64,000 bases of DNA from Geminicoccaceae bacterium (lineage in GTDB: Bacteria > Pseudomonadota > Alphaproteobacteria > Geminicoccales > Geminicoccaceae): contig JBGSYN010000104.1 of the NCBI GenBank assembly GCA_041750975.1, positions 970 through 64,969 on the forward strand, written 5' to 3'. Within the stretch, counting starts at the first letter, position 1. Each line of letters begins with the position of its first letter. The position numbers and the translations under genes are program-made. Below, in pieces: positions 16,261-25,837 of this stretch. Under the pieces are notes generated by a model. That model ran no database searches. It saw only the letters and a list, made by a program, of their open reading frames with translations, and was not told where the DNA came from.

Positions 16261-17934
16261 ATGGTTGAAAACACCGTCGAGGCGGCGGTGGATTTCAACG
16301 ACCTGGGCCTGCGCGACGAAATTCTGCGCGCCGTCCACGATTCCGGCTACGCCACACCGACCGAAATTCAGCGCCGAGCGATACCGGCCATCCTGGGCGG
16401 GCGCAACATCGTTGGCGTCGCTCAGACCGGCACCGGCAAGACTGCATCGTTCGTGTTGCCGATGCTCAATCTTCTGGCCTCGGGGCGGGCCCGGGCCCGG
16501 ATGCCGCGATCCCTCATTCTGAGCCCGACCCGCGAATTGGCCAGCCAGACTGCCGAAAATTTCGAGAAATACGGCAAGTACCTGAACCTTTCGATGGTGC
16601 TGATCATCGGCGGTGTGGGCATGGGCGACCAGGAAAAGGCGCTCGAGAAAGGCGTCGACGTTCTGATCGCGACACCCGGGCGATTGCTCGACTGGTTCGA
16701 GCGCGGCAAGCTCTTGATGGGCGGGGTCGACGTCCTCGTCATCGACGAAGCCGATCGCATGCTGGATATGGGTTTTCTGCCGGATATCGAGCGCATCCTT
16801 TCGCTGCTGCTGGGACGCAAGCAGACGCTCCTGTTCTCGGCGACCATGCCGCCCGAGATCAACTATTTGACCGAACGCTTCATGGTCGATCCGCTCAAGA
16901 TCGAGGTGGTCCGGCCGGCGACGACACTGGCGCCCGTCGCCGATGTCATCGTGCCGGTCAAGGGCGCCGACAAGCGGAGCCTGTTGTCCAGGCTGATCGG
17001 CGAGAAAGATATCCAGAAAGCCATCATCTTCTGCAATCGCAAGCGGGATGTCGGCAGTTTGACCCGGCATTTGCAGAAGCGTGGGATGAACGCTCGGGAC
17101 CTGCACGGCGATCTCGATCAGGCCAATCGCCAGGCGACGCTTGATGCCTTCAAGGGCGGCAATGTCGACTTTCTGGTCGCGACCGACGTTGCGGCACGCG
17201 GCCTGGATATTTCGGACATGCCCGTGGTCGTCAATTTCGACGTGCCGATGAACGCCGACGATTATACCCACCGCATCGGTCGTACCGGGCGGGCCGGCAA
17301 GACCGGCCGGGCTTTCACGTTCAGCACACCCGAGGATCGGCGTTATCTCGACGCCATCCAGCGCAATACCGGCCGCACCATCGAGACGATGCAGATGGGC
17401 AACGATGAGGTCGCCGACGGTGCAGCGATGACGAAAAATGTCGAGGACGATCACAAGATCGGGGACGGTATGCAAGTGCCCTTCCTGCGCTCGCCGCGCA
17501 GCCGCCGTAAGACTCCTGCGAGTTCCGATCAGCCCCAGACCGCCGCGGGCGGACGTTCGCGAACCCGGCGGCGCGGCAAGTCCGAGCCCGTCGAAGGCAC
17601 GCCCGAGGCCGAGGTTGAAATCAGTTCGGAAAGTCCTGTCGCCGAGGCCGCGCCGGAGGCGCCGCGACGTCGCACAAGGAGGAAACCGGCAGCGGCGAAG
17701 AGCCCGCAGCAGCCCACGACCGGCTCGCCGAAAGACGAGACCCCAAACGCGAGCCGAGCGGCGGATGACCCGGGCAAGGGTCCGGAAGCGATGTCACGTC
17801 CTGCCGCGGCGCAGGCCGGCCGCCCAGCGCGAGGCGGCCAAGAGCAGCCCGTGGTCGGTCTTGGAGATCATGTGCCAAGCTTCCTGTTGCGTCCGGTGCC
17901 GGTCAAGCCGGTGCCGGCGGCCGATCTCGATTGA
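16261..17934 (+). CDS. DEAD-box ATP-dependent RNA helicase (RhlE-like) with a long basic low-complexity C-terminal tail
   Basis: Q-motif (GYATPTEIQ), Walker A AQTGTGKT, a DEAD box present as IDEAD, SAT, and HRIGRTGRAG. The last ~170 aa are Arg/Pro/Ala-rich. A TTG at 16246 is an alternative start. Confidence 0.9.
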   Translation: MVENTVEAAVDFNDLGLRDEILRAVHDSGYATPTEIQRRAIPAILGGRNIVGVAQTGTGKTASFVLPMLNLLASGRARARMPRSLILSPTRELASQTAENFEKYGKYLNLSMVLIIGGVGMGDQEKALEKGVDVLIATPGRLLDWFERGKLLMGGVDVLVIDEADRMLDMGFLPDIERILSLLLGRKQTLLFSATMPPEINYLTERFMVDPLKIEVVRPATTLAPVADVIVPVKGADKRSLLSRLIGEKDIQKAIIFCNRKRDVGSLTRHLQKRGMNARDLHGDLDQANRQATLDAFKGGNVDFLVATDVAARGLDISDMPVVVNFDVPMNADDYTHRIGRTGRAGKTGRAFTFSTPEDRRYLDAIQRNTGRTIETMQMGNDEVADGAAMTKNVEDDHKIGDGMQVPFLRSPRSRRKTPASSDQPQTAAGGRSRTRRRGKSEPVEGTPEAEVEISSESPVAEAAPEAPRRRTRRKPAAAKSPQQPTTGSPKDETPNASRAADDPGKGPEAMSRPAAAQAGRPARGGQEQPVVGLGDHVPSFLLRPVPVKPVPAADLD

Positions 17935-17964
17935 GTTTCGAATGATCTGGGGTGCGCCGGCATC

Positions 17965-18606
17965 GTGACCGGTCGCCGGTTTGAAATCGTTTCGCGCGAA
18001 CGCATTTTCGACGGGTTCTTGAAAGTCGAGAAGCTGCGGCTCCGACACCAGCGCTTCGATGGCGATTGGAGCCCCCTGATCGATCGGGAGCTTATCGTCC
18101 AGCGTCGTGCGGCGGCCGTATTGCCTTATGATCCGCGCCGCGACCTGGTCGTAATGATCGAGCAGTTTCGTCCGGGCGCCATCGATGCGACGCTGGACGA
18201 CCCTGCCGGTGGCCCCTGGCTGGTCGAAGTTGCGGCTGGCGTCATGGAGGCCGGCGAGGATGCAGAAGCCGTGGCACGGCGCGAATGCCTCGAGGAGTGC
18301 GGGCTGGAACTCGCTCGCATCGAATTCGCCTGCCGTTTCCGGTCGAGCCCCGGCGTGACCAGTGAAGTAGTCGATGTTTTTCTCGGGGAAGTGGAAGCCC
18401 CGGATGCAGGCGACGGTCCCGGCGAGATATTCGGCGAGACCCATGAGCACGAGGATATCAGGCGCTTCATGCTGCCTGCCGCGGACGCCATTGCGATGGT
18501 CGCCCAGGGCCGGATAAGCTCCGTTACCGCTGTCACGTCGCTGCAATATCTGGCATTGCATCGTCATCGGCTGCGACAGCAATGGGTGTTGTCGGAACCG
18601 GTCTAA
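17965..18606 (+). CDS. nudF: ADP-ribose pyrophosphatase (NUDIX hydrolase, NudF-like)
   Basis: N-terminal dimerisation-domain pattern (FEIVSRERIFDGFLKVEKLRLRHQRF), then VLPYDP...VVMIEQFRPGA and the Nudix box GVMEAGEDAEAVARRECLEECG. GTG start. Confidence 0.75.
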   Translation: MTGRRFEIVSRERIFDGFLKVEKLRLRHQRFDGDWSPLIDRELIVQRRAAAVLPYDPRRDLVVMIEQFRPGAIDATLDDPAGGPWLVEVAAGVMEAGEDAEAVARRECLEECGLELARIEFACRFRSSPGVTSEVVDVFLGEVEAPDAGDGPGEIFGETHEHEDIRRFMLPAADAIAMVAQGRISSVTAVTSLQYLALHRHRLRQQWVLSEPV

Positions 18607-18644
18607 GGCTGGCACAACCCGCCGACTTGCAGCAGGGTGAATAC

Positions 18645-18932
18645 ATGCGCGTTCGTGTCTATCAGCCGGCCAAAACCGCGGTTCAATCGGGCCGGCGCAA
18701 AACCAAATACTGGATCGTCGAATATGAGCCGAATGAGCGCCGCGAGCCGGATCGCCTGATCGGCTGGATCGGCTCGGGCGACACCGATCAGCAATTGCAG
18801 TTGCGCTTTCCGACCCGCGAGGCGGCGATCGACTACTGCGAGAGAAACAATCTGGACTATGTCGTGCGCGAGCCGCATCGGCGCGTCGTCAAGCCCAAAT
18901 CCTACGCCGAGAACTTCATCAGCCGGCTCTGA
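18645..18932 (+). CDS. ETC complex I subunit conserved-region protein (NDUFS4 homologue)
   Basis: The sequence MRVRVYQPAKTAVQSGRRKTKYWIVEYEP...LIGWIGSGDTDQQLQLRFPTREAAIDYCERNNLDY is the alphaproteobacterial NDUFS4-like family. Confidence 0.85.
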   Translation: MRVRVYQPAKTAVQSGRRKTKYWIVEYEPNERREPDRLIGWIGSGDTDQQLQLRFPTREAAIDYCERNNLDYVVREPHRRVVKPKSYAENFISRL

Positions 18933-19002
18933 ACGCAGGCCCGAACGTTGCGCGGCGACAAGGCGTTGCGATAGAACGGCGTCGAACAAGCCTTTCTGCA
19001 AT

Positions 19003-19079
19003 GCACCCTTAGCTCAGCCGGACAGAGCAGGAGCCTTCTAAGCTCAAGGTCGGAGGTTCGAGTCCTCCAGGGTGCGCCA
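19003..19079 (+). tRNA. tRNA-Arg (anticodon TCT)
   Basis: Folded by hand. The acceptor GCACCCT pairs with AGGGTGC, the D arm is GCTC/GAGC, and the anticodon stem GGAGC pairs with GCTCA (one 27-43 mismatch). The loop is CT-TCT-AA, the T arm is GGAGG-TTCGAGT-CCTCC, the discriminator is G and CCA is encoded. Confidence 0.9.
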
Positions 19080-19152
19080 TTTCTTGTGAACCAGGTTCGC
19101 AACCATTTATATCCCATGGCTTTGCACTCGATCGGGGTCCACAATCGCTGCC

Positions 19153-20900
19153 ATGAGATCTGAGATGAGACGTCGCCTTGCCGCCATTCTGGCTGCCGAT
19201 GTCGTCGGTTACTCGCGGCTGATGGGTGAGGACGAGGCGGGAACGCTGGCCCGGCTTACCACATTGCGGCGGGAGCGATTGGCGCCGCTGATCACCCGAT
19301 ACCAGGGCCGCATCGTCAAATTGATGGGCGATGGCCTCCTCGTCGAGTTTTCGAGCCTGGTCAACGCCGTTCGGTGCGCCATGGCGTGGCATGAGATTGC
19401 GGAAAGCTGCGACGCCGCGCCCTCATTGGACCCGGCGATTCGCTTTCGGATCGGGATCAATATCGGCGACGTCCTGATCGACGGCGACGATATCCACGGC
19501 GACGGCGTCAATATTGCGGCCAGACTGGAAAGTCTCGCGGAGCCGGGGGGCACCTGCATTTCGGCCGACGCCTATCGGCAGGTCCGCGGCCGGGTCGAGG
19601 TCACCTTCGAAGACATGGGCGATCAGGCGCTCAAGAACATCGCCGAACCGATCCGGGTCTATCGAATCCTTGCCGGCCGGGCCGAGGAAAAGTCACCGCT
19701 ACCAGATGCCGTGACACCTGCTCTTCCGGAAAAGCCGTCGCTCGCCGTCCTCCCCTTCGAGAACAGGAGCGGCGATCGGGAGCAGGACTATTTCGCCGAT
19801 GGGATCACCGAAGACATCATCACCGATTTGTCCAGGATTCCCGATCTTCTCGTGATCGCGCGCAATTCCTCGTTTGCCTACAAAGGCAGGCATCCCGATA
19901 TCCGGCAGGTCTGCCGCGATCTCGGGGTGAATTCGTTCTCGAGGGAAGTGTACGGAAAGCCGGCTCCAGGGTGCGTATCACCGCGCAACTGATCGAAGGT
20001 GCCGGAGGCGGCCATGTCTGGGCCGAGCGCTACGACCGAGATCTTGCCGACATCTTCGCGGTGCAGGACGAGGTGACCGCGAGGATCGTCCGCGCTCTGG
20101 AAGGCACCATCGTCGAAAGGTTGGGCGGACCGGCGGGACTAGTCGAAACGGACATCCCGGAGGCCTATGACTGCGTCTTGCGCGGACGCGAGCAGTACCG
20201 TCTGTTCTCGAAAGACGGCAATCTCCGGGCACAGCAATCCTATGAACGGGCCATCGAGCTCGATCCCGACTATGCTTCAGCCTATGCCGGATTAGCCGAG
20301 ACCTGCCTGCATGCCTGGTTTCTGGGCTCTGCCGCCGCCTTGGACCGGGCGTATGAGTTGGCGCTGAAGGCCCAGCGCTTGCAGCCCTCCCTTCCGTTCG
20401 TCCTCGAGGCGCTGGGCAATGTTCAATTATTCAAGGGCCAACACGAAGAGGCCATCGCGGCTGCCAGAGGATGGCTCGACCTCGAGCCCGGCAATGCCGA
20501 CGCCCATGCCAACCTCGCCGGTGCGCTGCACTTCAGCGGTTATTCCGATCAAGTCCTGCCATTGATCGAAAATGCGATGCAGCTCAATCCCTTCTATCCC
20601 TTCTATTATACGCTCTACATCGGCCAGGCATGCCTGGCATTGGAGAATTACGAAGACGCTCTCCGCGCCTTGCAGCGGAGTGCTGCCCACAATCCTGATT
20701 CGATGCCGGCGCATCTTTTTCTCGCCGCGTGCCAGGGGCTGATGGGCAATGCCGCGCTTGCTCGCGACGAGTTGGCGGCGGTCAAAAGAATTTTTCCCGA
20801 ATTCTCGATTGTCTGGGTGCGAACCTTCCTGCCCTACAGGCGTTTAGCCGACCTGGACCGGGTCGTGGAGGGACTTCGTCAGGCTGGTCTGACCGATTGA
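19153..20900 (+). pseudogene. Class III adenylate/guanylate cyclase with TolB-N-like and TPR domains, interrupted by a 1-nt frameshift near 19930
   Basis: ORF 19153-19992 carries the cyclase core (ILAADVVGYSRLMG, KLMGDGLLVEF, GDGVNIAARLE). It runs LGVN then out of frame. The conserved continuation EFVLEGSVRKAGSRVRITAQLIEG...WAERYDRDL lies in the +1 frame and joins ORF 19971-20900 (TPR repeats). Confidence 0.7.
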
Positions 20901-20961
20901 TCCACTACCACAAACCGGTCTCAAGCGATTGTTGAGCGGCCAGCGCTAAGAGGCTGGATTA

Positions 20962-20990
20962 TTGACAGTTTTTTCAGCTTGAAAGATAAC
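20962..20990 (+). promoter_or_regulatory. Sigma-70-like promoter for the small orphan ORF
   Basis: TTGACA (20962-20967), a 17-nt spacer, then GATAAC (20985-20990), in an AT-rich gap about 45 nt upstream of the ATG at 21037. Confidence 0.4.
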
Positions 20991-21036
20991 TCTAAGTCAA
21001 ACAACCAGACCGGTGCACGAAAAGGACAGCCATGTC

Positions 21037-21309
21037 ATGCCGAACGGGTCGACAATGTTGAGACAGGAATGGCTTTGGATGATGTCCGAGCACGAATTGA
21101 GCGAGTTGGACAACGAACTGCGGAACCGCCGGATCCGCGTGGTCCCGGGGGACGAGGACTGGTACCTTGAGATCGCGGCCGAACCACAGCGTCCGACCCG
21201 TGCCCGTTCCCCCGACAAGGGCTCTGGCGATCGCGAACTCTCTTATCTTCGCCTCTATGATCTTGCGGGCGGTCGCCTACAGGCTTTCACGTCGACCAAA
21301 TCCGGCTAA
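21037..21309 (+). CDS. Hypothetical small protein (90 aa)
   Basis: AAGGA about 10 nt upstream of the ATG. Third codon positions are mostly G/C in this frame, unlike the overlapping 20979 frame. I recognise no family. Confidence 0.45.
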   Translation: MPNGSTMLRQEWLWMMSEHELSELDNELRNRRIRVVPGDEDWYLEIAAEPQRPTRARSPDKGSGDRELSYLRLYDLAGGRLQAFTSTKSG

Positions 21310-21454
21310 ATTGACTATTTGTTTCGTCGATTGGCCGCAAAGTCGACCCAAGGACCGTCCTGCGACCGGACTTGGGCGCCACTGATTCGCCCCGACACCG
21401 ACCGGGAACCGAGCTCGATCGGAGATGAAAAGGAACGTCGATGGCCGGGTGGAT

Positions 21455-22156
21455 TCAGGCCTTGGTGGCGGTGTGGGGTTGTAGCTCGGCCAGATCGGGC
21501 TCGCTAATTGCGGTTCGCTCATAGGCGCCGCGCGCATTGAGACGGTCGACAGCGGGTGGCACCAGGTCTTTGGTCTCTTGCTCCGATGGCCGCGTCGCTT
21601 CGGCGTGGCTCCAGAGCTTGGGCTCGTCCTCGGATCCTCTGGTCCGGCCGTCTACGCGGGACTCCGTGCCGTAATCGGCAACGGAGTTTGCATTCGGGCG
21701 GAACTCGTCGGCGACGGCAAGGCCATCCCGCTGGTCGATCGGATCCCTACCGGCGTCACGGATTGCCTGCGCCGATCGGCCGGGCCCGGCCGGTCCGGAC
21801 TCTGGTGTCGTGGCTCGATCGGTATCGCGCCCGGCAAAAGTGGGCGCCGTGATTCCATGATCCTTGTCGGCGCGCGATGGGTCAAAAGGGCCTCGGTGCG
21901 GCTCCTGACCCTGGTATGGATGGGCCTGCAGATGGGTGGCCGCAGCCAGATCGAGGCTTGCTTCGCTCGGTTGCAGCTGTGTCGTCACCCGTACCGCAGG
22001 GCCGAAGCTGTCGCCCTCGATGTCGTCGAGCTTATGTTGGATCGTAACGAGCTTGCGGCCATCCGGAGTCCGGGCCAGGGTGTGACTATCGATCACGATC
22101 CCTGCCCGGCCGAAGGCGCCGAGAGGCCCGACAGATCCGATGTGAGGATTCGTCAT
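21455..22156 (-). CDS. Hypothetical protein, largely low-complexity or disordered (233 aa)
   Basis: Start placed at MTNPHIGSVGPLGAF (M60 of the tracked ORF), 45 nt downstream of the inositol monophosphatase gene on the same strand. GC3 is compatible with coding. After the first ~60 aa the sequence is Pro/Asp/Arg/Gly/Ala-rich with no recognisable motif. Confidence 0.5.
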   Translation of the reverse strand: MTNPHIGSVGPLGAFGRAGIVIDSHTLARTPDGRKLVTIQHKLDDIEGDSFGPAVRVTTQLQPSEASLDLAAATHLQAHPYQGQEPHRGPFDPSRADKDHGITAPTFAGRDTDRATTPESGPAGPGRSAQAIRDAGRDPIDQRDGLAVADEFRPNANSVADYGTESRVDGRTRGSEDEPKLWSHAEATRPSEQETKDLVPPAVDRLNARGAYERTAISEPDLAELQPHTATKA

Positions 22157-22200
22157 GTTCAGAAACCCCTTTTCGGTGGCGCACTGTAGCACCCCGAGTC

Positions 22201-22995
22201 TTAACGGGGAGTTAACAGGGCTTCGAGCGCACCGAGCAGTTGCGGCGGGCCGGCGACGACCGGGTTGCCGCGTTCCAGCGCCTGACGATCGAGATAGGGT
22301 ATGGCCGCACCGCCTGCGGCCTCGATCAGGCATAATCCGGCAAGGCAGTCCCAGGGCATCATGTGAGCCTCGACATAGCCGATGAGGCGCCCCGCGGCGG
22401 TCCAGGCGAGGCCCAGAGCACCCGAGCCTTCGCGATGATAGACGCCGCCCTGCTCCAGGAGCCGGGCGAGCGCCGGCAGGATTTCCTCGACCTCGCGCCG
22501 TCGCGAAAAGCCGATGAAGACCGAGCCTTCGGCAAGCGATGCAGCGTCGCTGACCCGGATCGGGCTGCCGTTCAGGGTCGCCTCGCCGCCGCGACGCGCC
22601 GAAAACAGCTCGCCGGTATTGGGATCGTAGATGACGCCGATTTGAGATAGGCCATCACGCACATAGGCGATGGAAACGCACCAGGCCTGCAACCCGTTAA
22701 GAAAGCTGAAGGTGCCGTCGATCGGGTCGATCACCCAACATCCCTGTTCAGGATCGCCCTCGAGCCCATATTCCTCGCCAAGCAAGGCATCGCCCGGAAA
22801 AAGGCTCCGCAACTCGGCGCGTATGAAGGTCTCGACCTCGCGATCCGCCTTGCTGACGAGATCCTGCGGGCCCTTTATCTCGACCTCGAGCATGTCGAGC
22901 CGCTGGAAATATCGATGCGCCAGCATGCCGGCATCGCGGGCGACGGCTTCGAGGACCCGTTGCCGCAATGGATCGTTGGCCGCTAGTTCGCTCAT
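22201..22995 (-). CDS. Inositol monophosphatase family protein (SuhB-like)
   Basis: Motifs KADREVETFI, LGEE and WVIDPIDGTFSFLNG (the DPIDGT metal site). Start at MSELAAN. Confidence 0.85.
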   Translation of the reverse strand: MSELAANDPLRQRVLEAVARDAGMLAHRYFQRLDMLEVEIKGPQDLVSKADREVETFIRAELRSLFPGDALLGEEYGLEGDPEQGCWVIDPIDGTFSFLNGLQAWCVSIAYVRDGLSQIGVIYDPNTGELFSARRGGEATLNGSPIRVSDAASLAEGSVFIGFSRRREVEEILPALARLLEQGGVYHREGSGALGLAWTAAGRLIGYVEAHMMPWDCLAGLCLIEAAGGAAIPYLDRQALERGNPVVAGPPQLLGALEALLTPR

Positions 22996-23109
22996 CGGGC
23001 TGGTCTCGCTCTGGCAATGGTTGCAGTATCGAACGCGAAGAAACCTGAACCGCGCCTCGCGCATTCCGTCGAGACAGCGCCGCAATCATCTAGACGAGGA
23101 CAACGCTCA

Positions 23110-23937
23110 ATGCACAAAGTTAACGCCAAAGGCGCCACTATGCCGGCACTCGGGTTCGGCACCTGGGACCTGCGCGGCGACACCGCGACCCAGATGGTCG
23201 AAACGGCCCTCGCCATCGGCTATCGTCACATCGACACGGCCCAGGCCTATGGCAACGAAATCGAGGTCGGCAAGGGCTTGAAGGCGAGCGCGGTCGTCCG
23301 GGACGAAATCTTTCTTACGACCAAGATCTGGCCCGACAACTTCCGTAGCGGCGATTTTCAAAAGGCAGCGGAACTCAGTGTCGAACGCCTTGGAACCGTG
23401 CCCGATCTGTTGCTGCTGCACTGGCCAAGCCCGGAGATCCCGCTCGAGGAGACGATCGATGCCGTCAATGACGTCATGCGGAAAGGTCTGGCGAAGCACG
23501 CAGGGGTCTCCAACTTCACGGTGGCGATGGTCGAGCAGGCGCAGAAGCGTGCCGAGGTGCCGCTGGCGACGGATCAGGTCGAATATCATCCGTTTTTGAC
23601 GCAGGAAACGTTGCTGGGCTGTTTCGCCGAAACCGGCATGGCGCTTACCGCCTATTGCCCGCTCGCCCGTGGCAAGGTCCTGGACGATCCCGTGCTGACC
23701 CGGATCGGCAAGGCGTATGGCAAGTCGGGCGGGCAGGTGGCGCTGCGCTGGCTGGTGCAGCAGGAGAACGTCATCGCCATTCCCCGCTCATCGAAGGAAC
23801 CGAACGTGTGCAGCAATTTCGAGATCTTCGACTTCGTCCTGAGCGAGGCCGAGATGGCCGAAATCTCGACGCTCGGCTCGCCCGACGGCCGGCTGGTTGC
23901 GATGTCGGCACTCGCCCCCGATTGGGACCGGCCTTAA
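23110..23937 (+). CDS. Aldo/keto reductase (2,5-diketo-D-gluconate reductase-like)
   Basis: MPALGFGTWDL, YRHIDTAQAYGNE, LLLHWP, NQVEYHP-like (DQVEYHPF) and IPRSS motifs. Start at MHKVNAKG. Confidence 0.85.
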   Translation: MHKVNAKGATMPALGFGTWDLRGDTATQMVETALAIGYRHIDTAQAYGNEIEVGKGLKASAVVRDEIFLTTKIWPDNFRSGDFQKAAELSVERLGTVPDLLLLHWPSPEIPLEETIDAVNDVMRKGLAKHAGVSNFTVAMVEQAQKRAEVPLATDQVEYHPFLTQETLLGCFAETGMALTAYCPLARGKVLDDPVLTRIGKAYGKSGGQVALRWLVQQENVIAIPRSSKEPNVCSNFEIFDFVLSEAEMAEISTLGSPDGRLVAMSALAPDWDRP

Positions 23938-23953
23938 GCGCCGGCTGCCTGCC

Positions 23954-25837
23954 TCAGCTCAGATTGGCGACGGAGGTCCGGTTCTCCGCCGCGCGCATGT
24001 CGTCGAACGAGCCGTAGCTGGTCGAATAGAGCCTCGAATAGAGACCGTCCGCCGCCATCAGCTCCCGATGGTTCCCGCTTTCGATGATCTCGCCCATATT
24101 GAGCACGATGATCCGATCGGCGTTGCGAATGGTCCCGAGCCGATGGGCAATGACGATGCCGGTGCGGCCGTACAGCAGGACCTCAAGCGCCTTTTGGATC
24201 TGCAGCTCGGTATAACTGTCGATGCTGGCGGTCGCCTCGTCCAGGACCAGGATCTTGGTGTCGGCGACGATGGCCCGGGCGAAGCTGATCAGCTGCCGTT
24301 GGCCGAACGAGAAATTGCTGCCGCTCTGATCGAGTTCCGTCTGGTAGCCGTCCTCGAGCTGCATGATGAAATCATGGGCACCGACCGCTTCGGCTGCGGC
24401 GATCACATCCTCCATGGTCGCGTCGGTCTTGTTGTAGCGGATATTCTCGAACACCGTGCCGGTGAAGAGATAGGGGTGCTGCAGCACCATCGCGATCTCG
24501 CGGCCGAGCGTGTCGAGCTTGAGATCCCTGACGTCATGGCCGTCGATCAGGACCTGTCCCTCCCAGACGTCGTAGAACCGATGCACCAGGCTGGCGATGC
24601 TGGACTTGCCGGAGCCGGTCGGCCCCACCAGCGCCACCGTCTCGCCCGGCCGGATCTTGAGATTGATGTTCTTGAGGATCGGCTGATCCGGCAGGTAGCC
24701 GAAGGTGACGTTGCGGAATTCGATCTCGCCCTTGACCGTCTCGAGGTCGACGGCGTCGGGCTTGTCATGGATGTCGACCGGGACGTCCAGCACTTCGAAG
24801 ATGCGCTGGCCCGAGGCCATGGCGCGCTGCATGACACTGTATTGCATCGTGATCGAGCGGATCGGATCGAAAAAGCGCTGGATGTAGAAGATGAAGGCGA
24901 CCATCACGCCGAGATCGATCGATTGGTTCATCACCAGCGAGCCGCCTAGAACGACAACGACCCCCATGGCGATGGCGCTCAGCGTATCGACGATCGGGAT
25001 CATGATCTGGGCATGGCGCGATGCCGAGAGGTGAGCCTCGAGGTTCTCCTTCGCCTTCTCCTCGAACAGGCGGAAATTGACCTGCTCGCGGATCATCGCC
25101 TGTACCGTGCGAACGCCGTTGATGCCCTCTGCCAGGGCGCCGTTGCAGGTCGAGCTGGCTTCGCGGGCGCGCAGGAAGGCCTTTCTGGCGCGCGGCAGCC
25201 AGACGATACGGACCAGAAACAGCGCCGGCACCACCGAAAGCGTCAACAGGCCAAGTTCCCAATTGAGGGTCAGCAGAACGGTGATAATGCAGATCAGCAG
25301 CAACAGATCGCCTAGGGCGAAGATCGAGGTCTCGAGGAACTCCTGGAGTGCGCCGACATCGCCCTGCAGCCGCGACATCAGGCGGCCGACCTCGGTCTTG
25401 TCCATGAACCGCAGCGAAACCTGCTGCAAATGCAGGTACATGGCCCGTCTGAGGTCGGCCAGCACCTGCTCCGCGACATTGCCCACCAGCTTCAACTGGA
25501 CGAAGTTGGCCGCGGAATTGATCAGGACGAGAACGGTGAAGATCGCGACGGTCCAGAGGAGTCGTGAATTGCCAACGCCGGCTTCGGGCAGGGCGTGATC
25601 GATGGCGTCCCGGATCGCCAAGGGAATGGCCACGGAACTGGCGGTGAAGATGCCGACGGCGATGAAGGCGATGCGGAGCGGCCGCTTGTAGGGTTTGACG
25701 AAACCCAGGAATCGCTTGACGACATGGCCGTTGAAGACCTCGCCGAAGATGCGTTCGTCGTGACTGACCTGCGAGCCGACGACGGCATGGGGCGGGCGCC
25801 GCCAGTCGGCACCCTGCGGTAGACTAGTTGTCGCCAT
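23954..25837 (-). CDS. ABC exporter fused permease/ATPase, subunit 2 of a heterodimer (MdlB-like)
   Basis: Six-TM region plus an NBD with Walker A GPTGSGKSS, a non-canonical signature FSFGQRQ, and Walker B LVLDEATAS with the catalytic Glu. Its start overlaps the upstream subunit by 14 nt. Confidence 0.85.
   Translation of the reverse strand: MATTSLPQGADWRRPPHAVVGSQVSHDERIFGEVFNGHVVKRFLGFVKPYKRPLRIAFIAVGIFTASSVAIPLAIRDAIDHALPEAGVGNSRLLWTVAIFTVLVLINSAANFVQLKLVGNVAEQVLADLRRAMYLHLQQVSLRFMDKTEVGRLMSRLQGDVGALQEFLETSIFALGDLLLLICIITVLLTLNWELGLLTLSVVPALFLVRIVWLPRARKAFLRAREASSTCNGALAEGINGVRTVQAMIREQVNFRLFEEKAKENLEAHLSASRHAQIMIPIVDTLSAIAMGVVVVLGGSLVMNQSIDLGVMVAFIFYIQRFFDPIRSITMQYSVMQRAMASGQRIFEVLDVPVDIHDKPDAVDLETVKGEIEFRNVTFGYLPDQPILKNINLKIRPGETVALVGPTGSGKSSIASLVHRFYDVWEGQVLIDGHDVRDLKLDTLGREIAMVLQHPYLFTGTVFENIRYNKTDATMEDVIAAAEAVGAHDFIMQLEDGYQTELDQSGSNFSFGQRQLISFARAIVADTKILVLDEATASIDSYTELQIQKALEVLLYGRTGIVIAHRLGTIRNADRIIVLNMGEIIESGNHRELMAADGLYSRLYSTSYGSFDDMRAAENRTSVANLS

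Noticed and set aside
19964-19975. A 12-nt match (CTCCAGGGTGCG) to the 3' end of the adjacent tRNA-Arg, about 900 bp downstream. It could be an att-like direct repeat marking an integrated element.
   Set aside because: The match lies inside the conserved GSRVRITAQ coding motif of the cyclase gene. It is short, and no integrase or other mobile-element gene lies between the repeats. Most likely coincidence.
19921-19992. Possibility that the cyclase/TPR frame change is a programmed ribosomal frameshift.
   Set aside because: There is no slippery heptamer or downstream structure at the shift point (GTG AA TTC). A simple 1-nt deletion or a sequencing error explains it better.
20979-21170. 63-aa ORF starting at a TTG within the orphan region.
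   Set aside because: Third codon positions are mostly A/T in this frame, unlike the genome's coding bias. It also overlaps the predicted -10 element. The 21037-21309 frame has coding-like GC3 and a ribosome-binding site.
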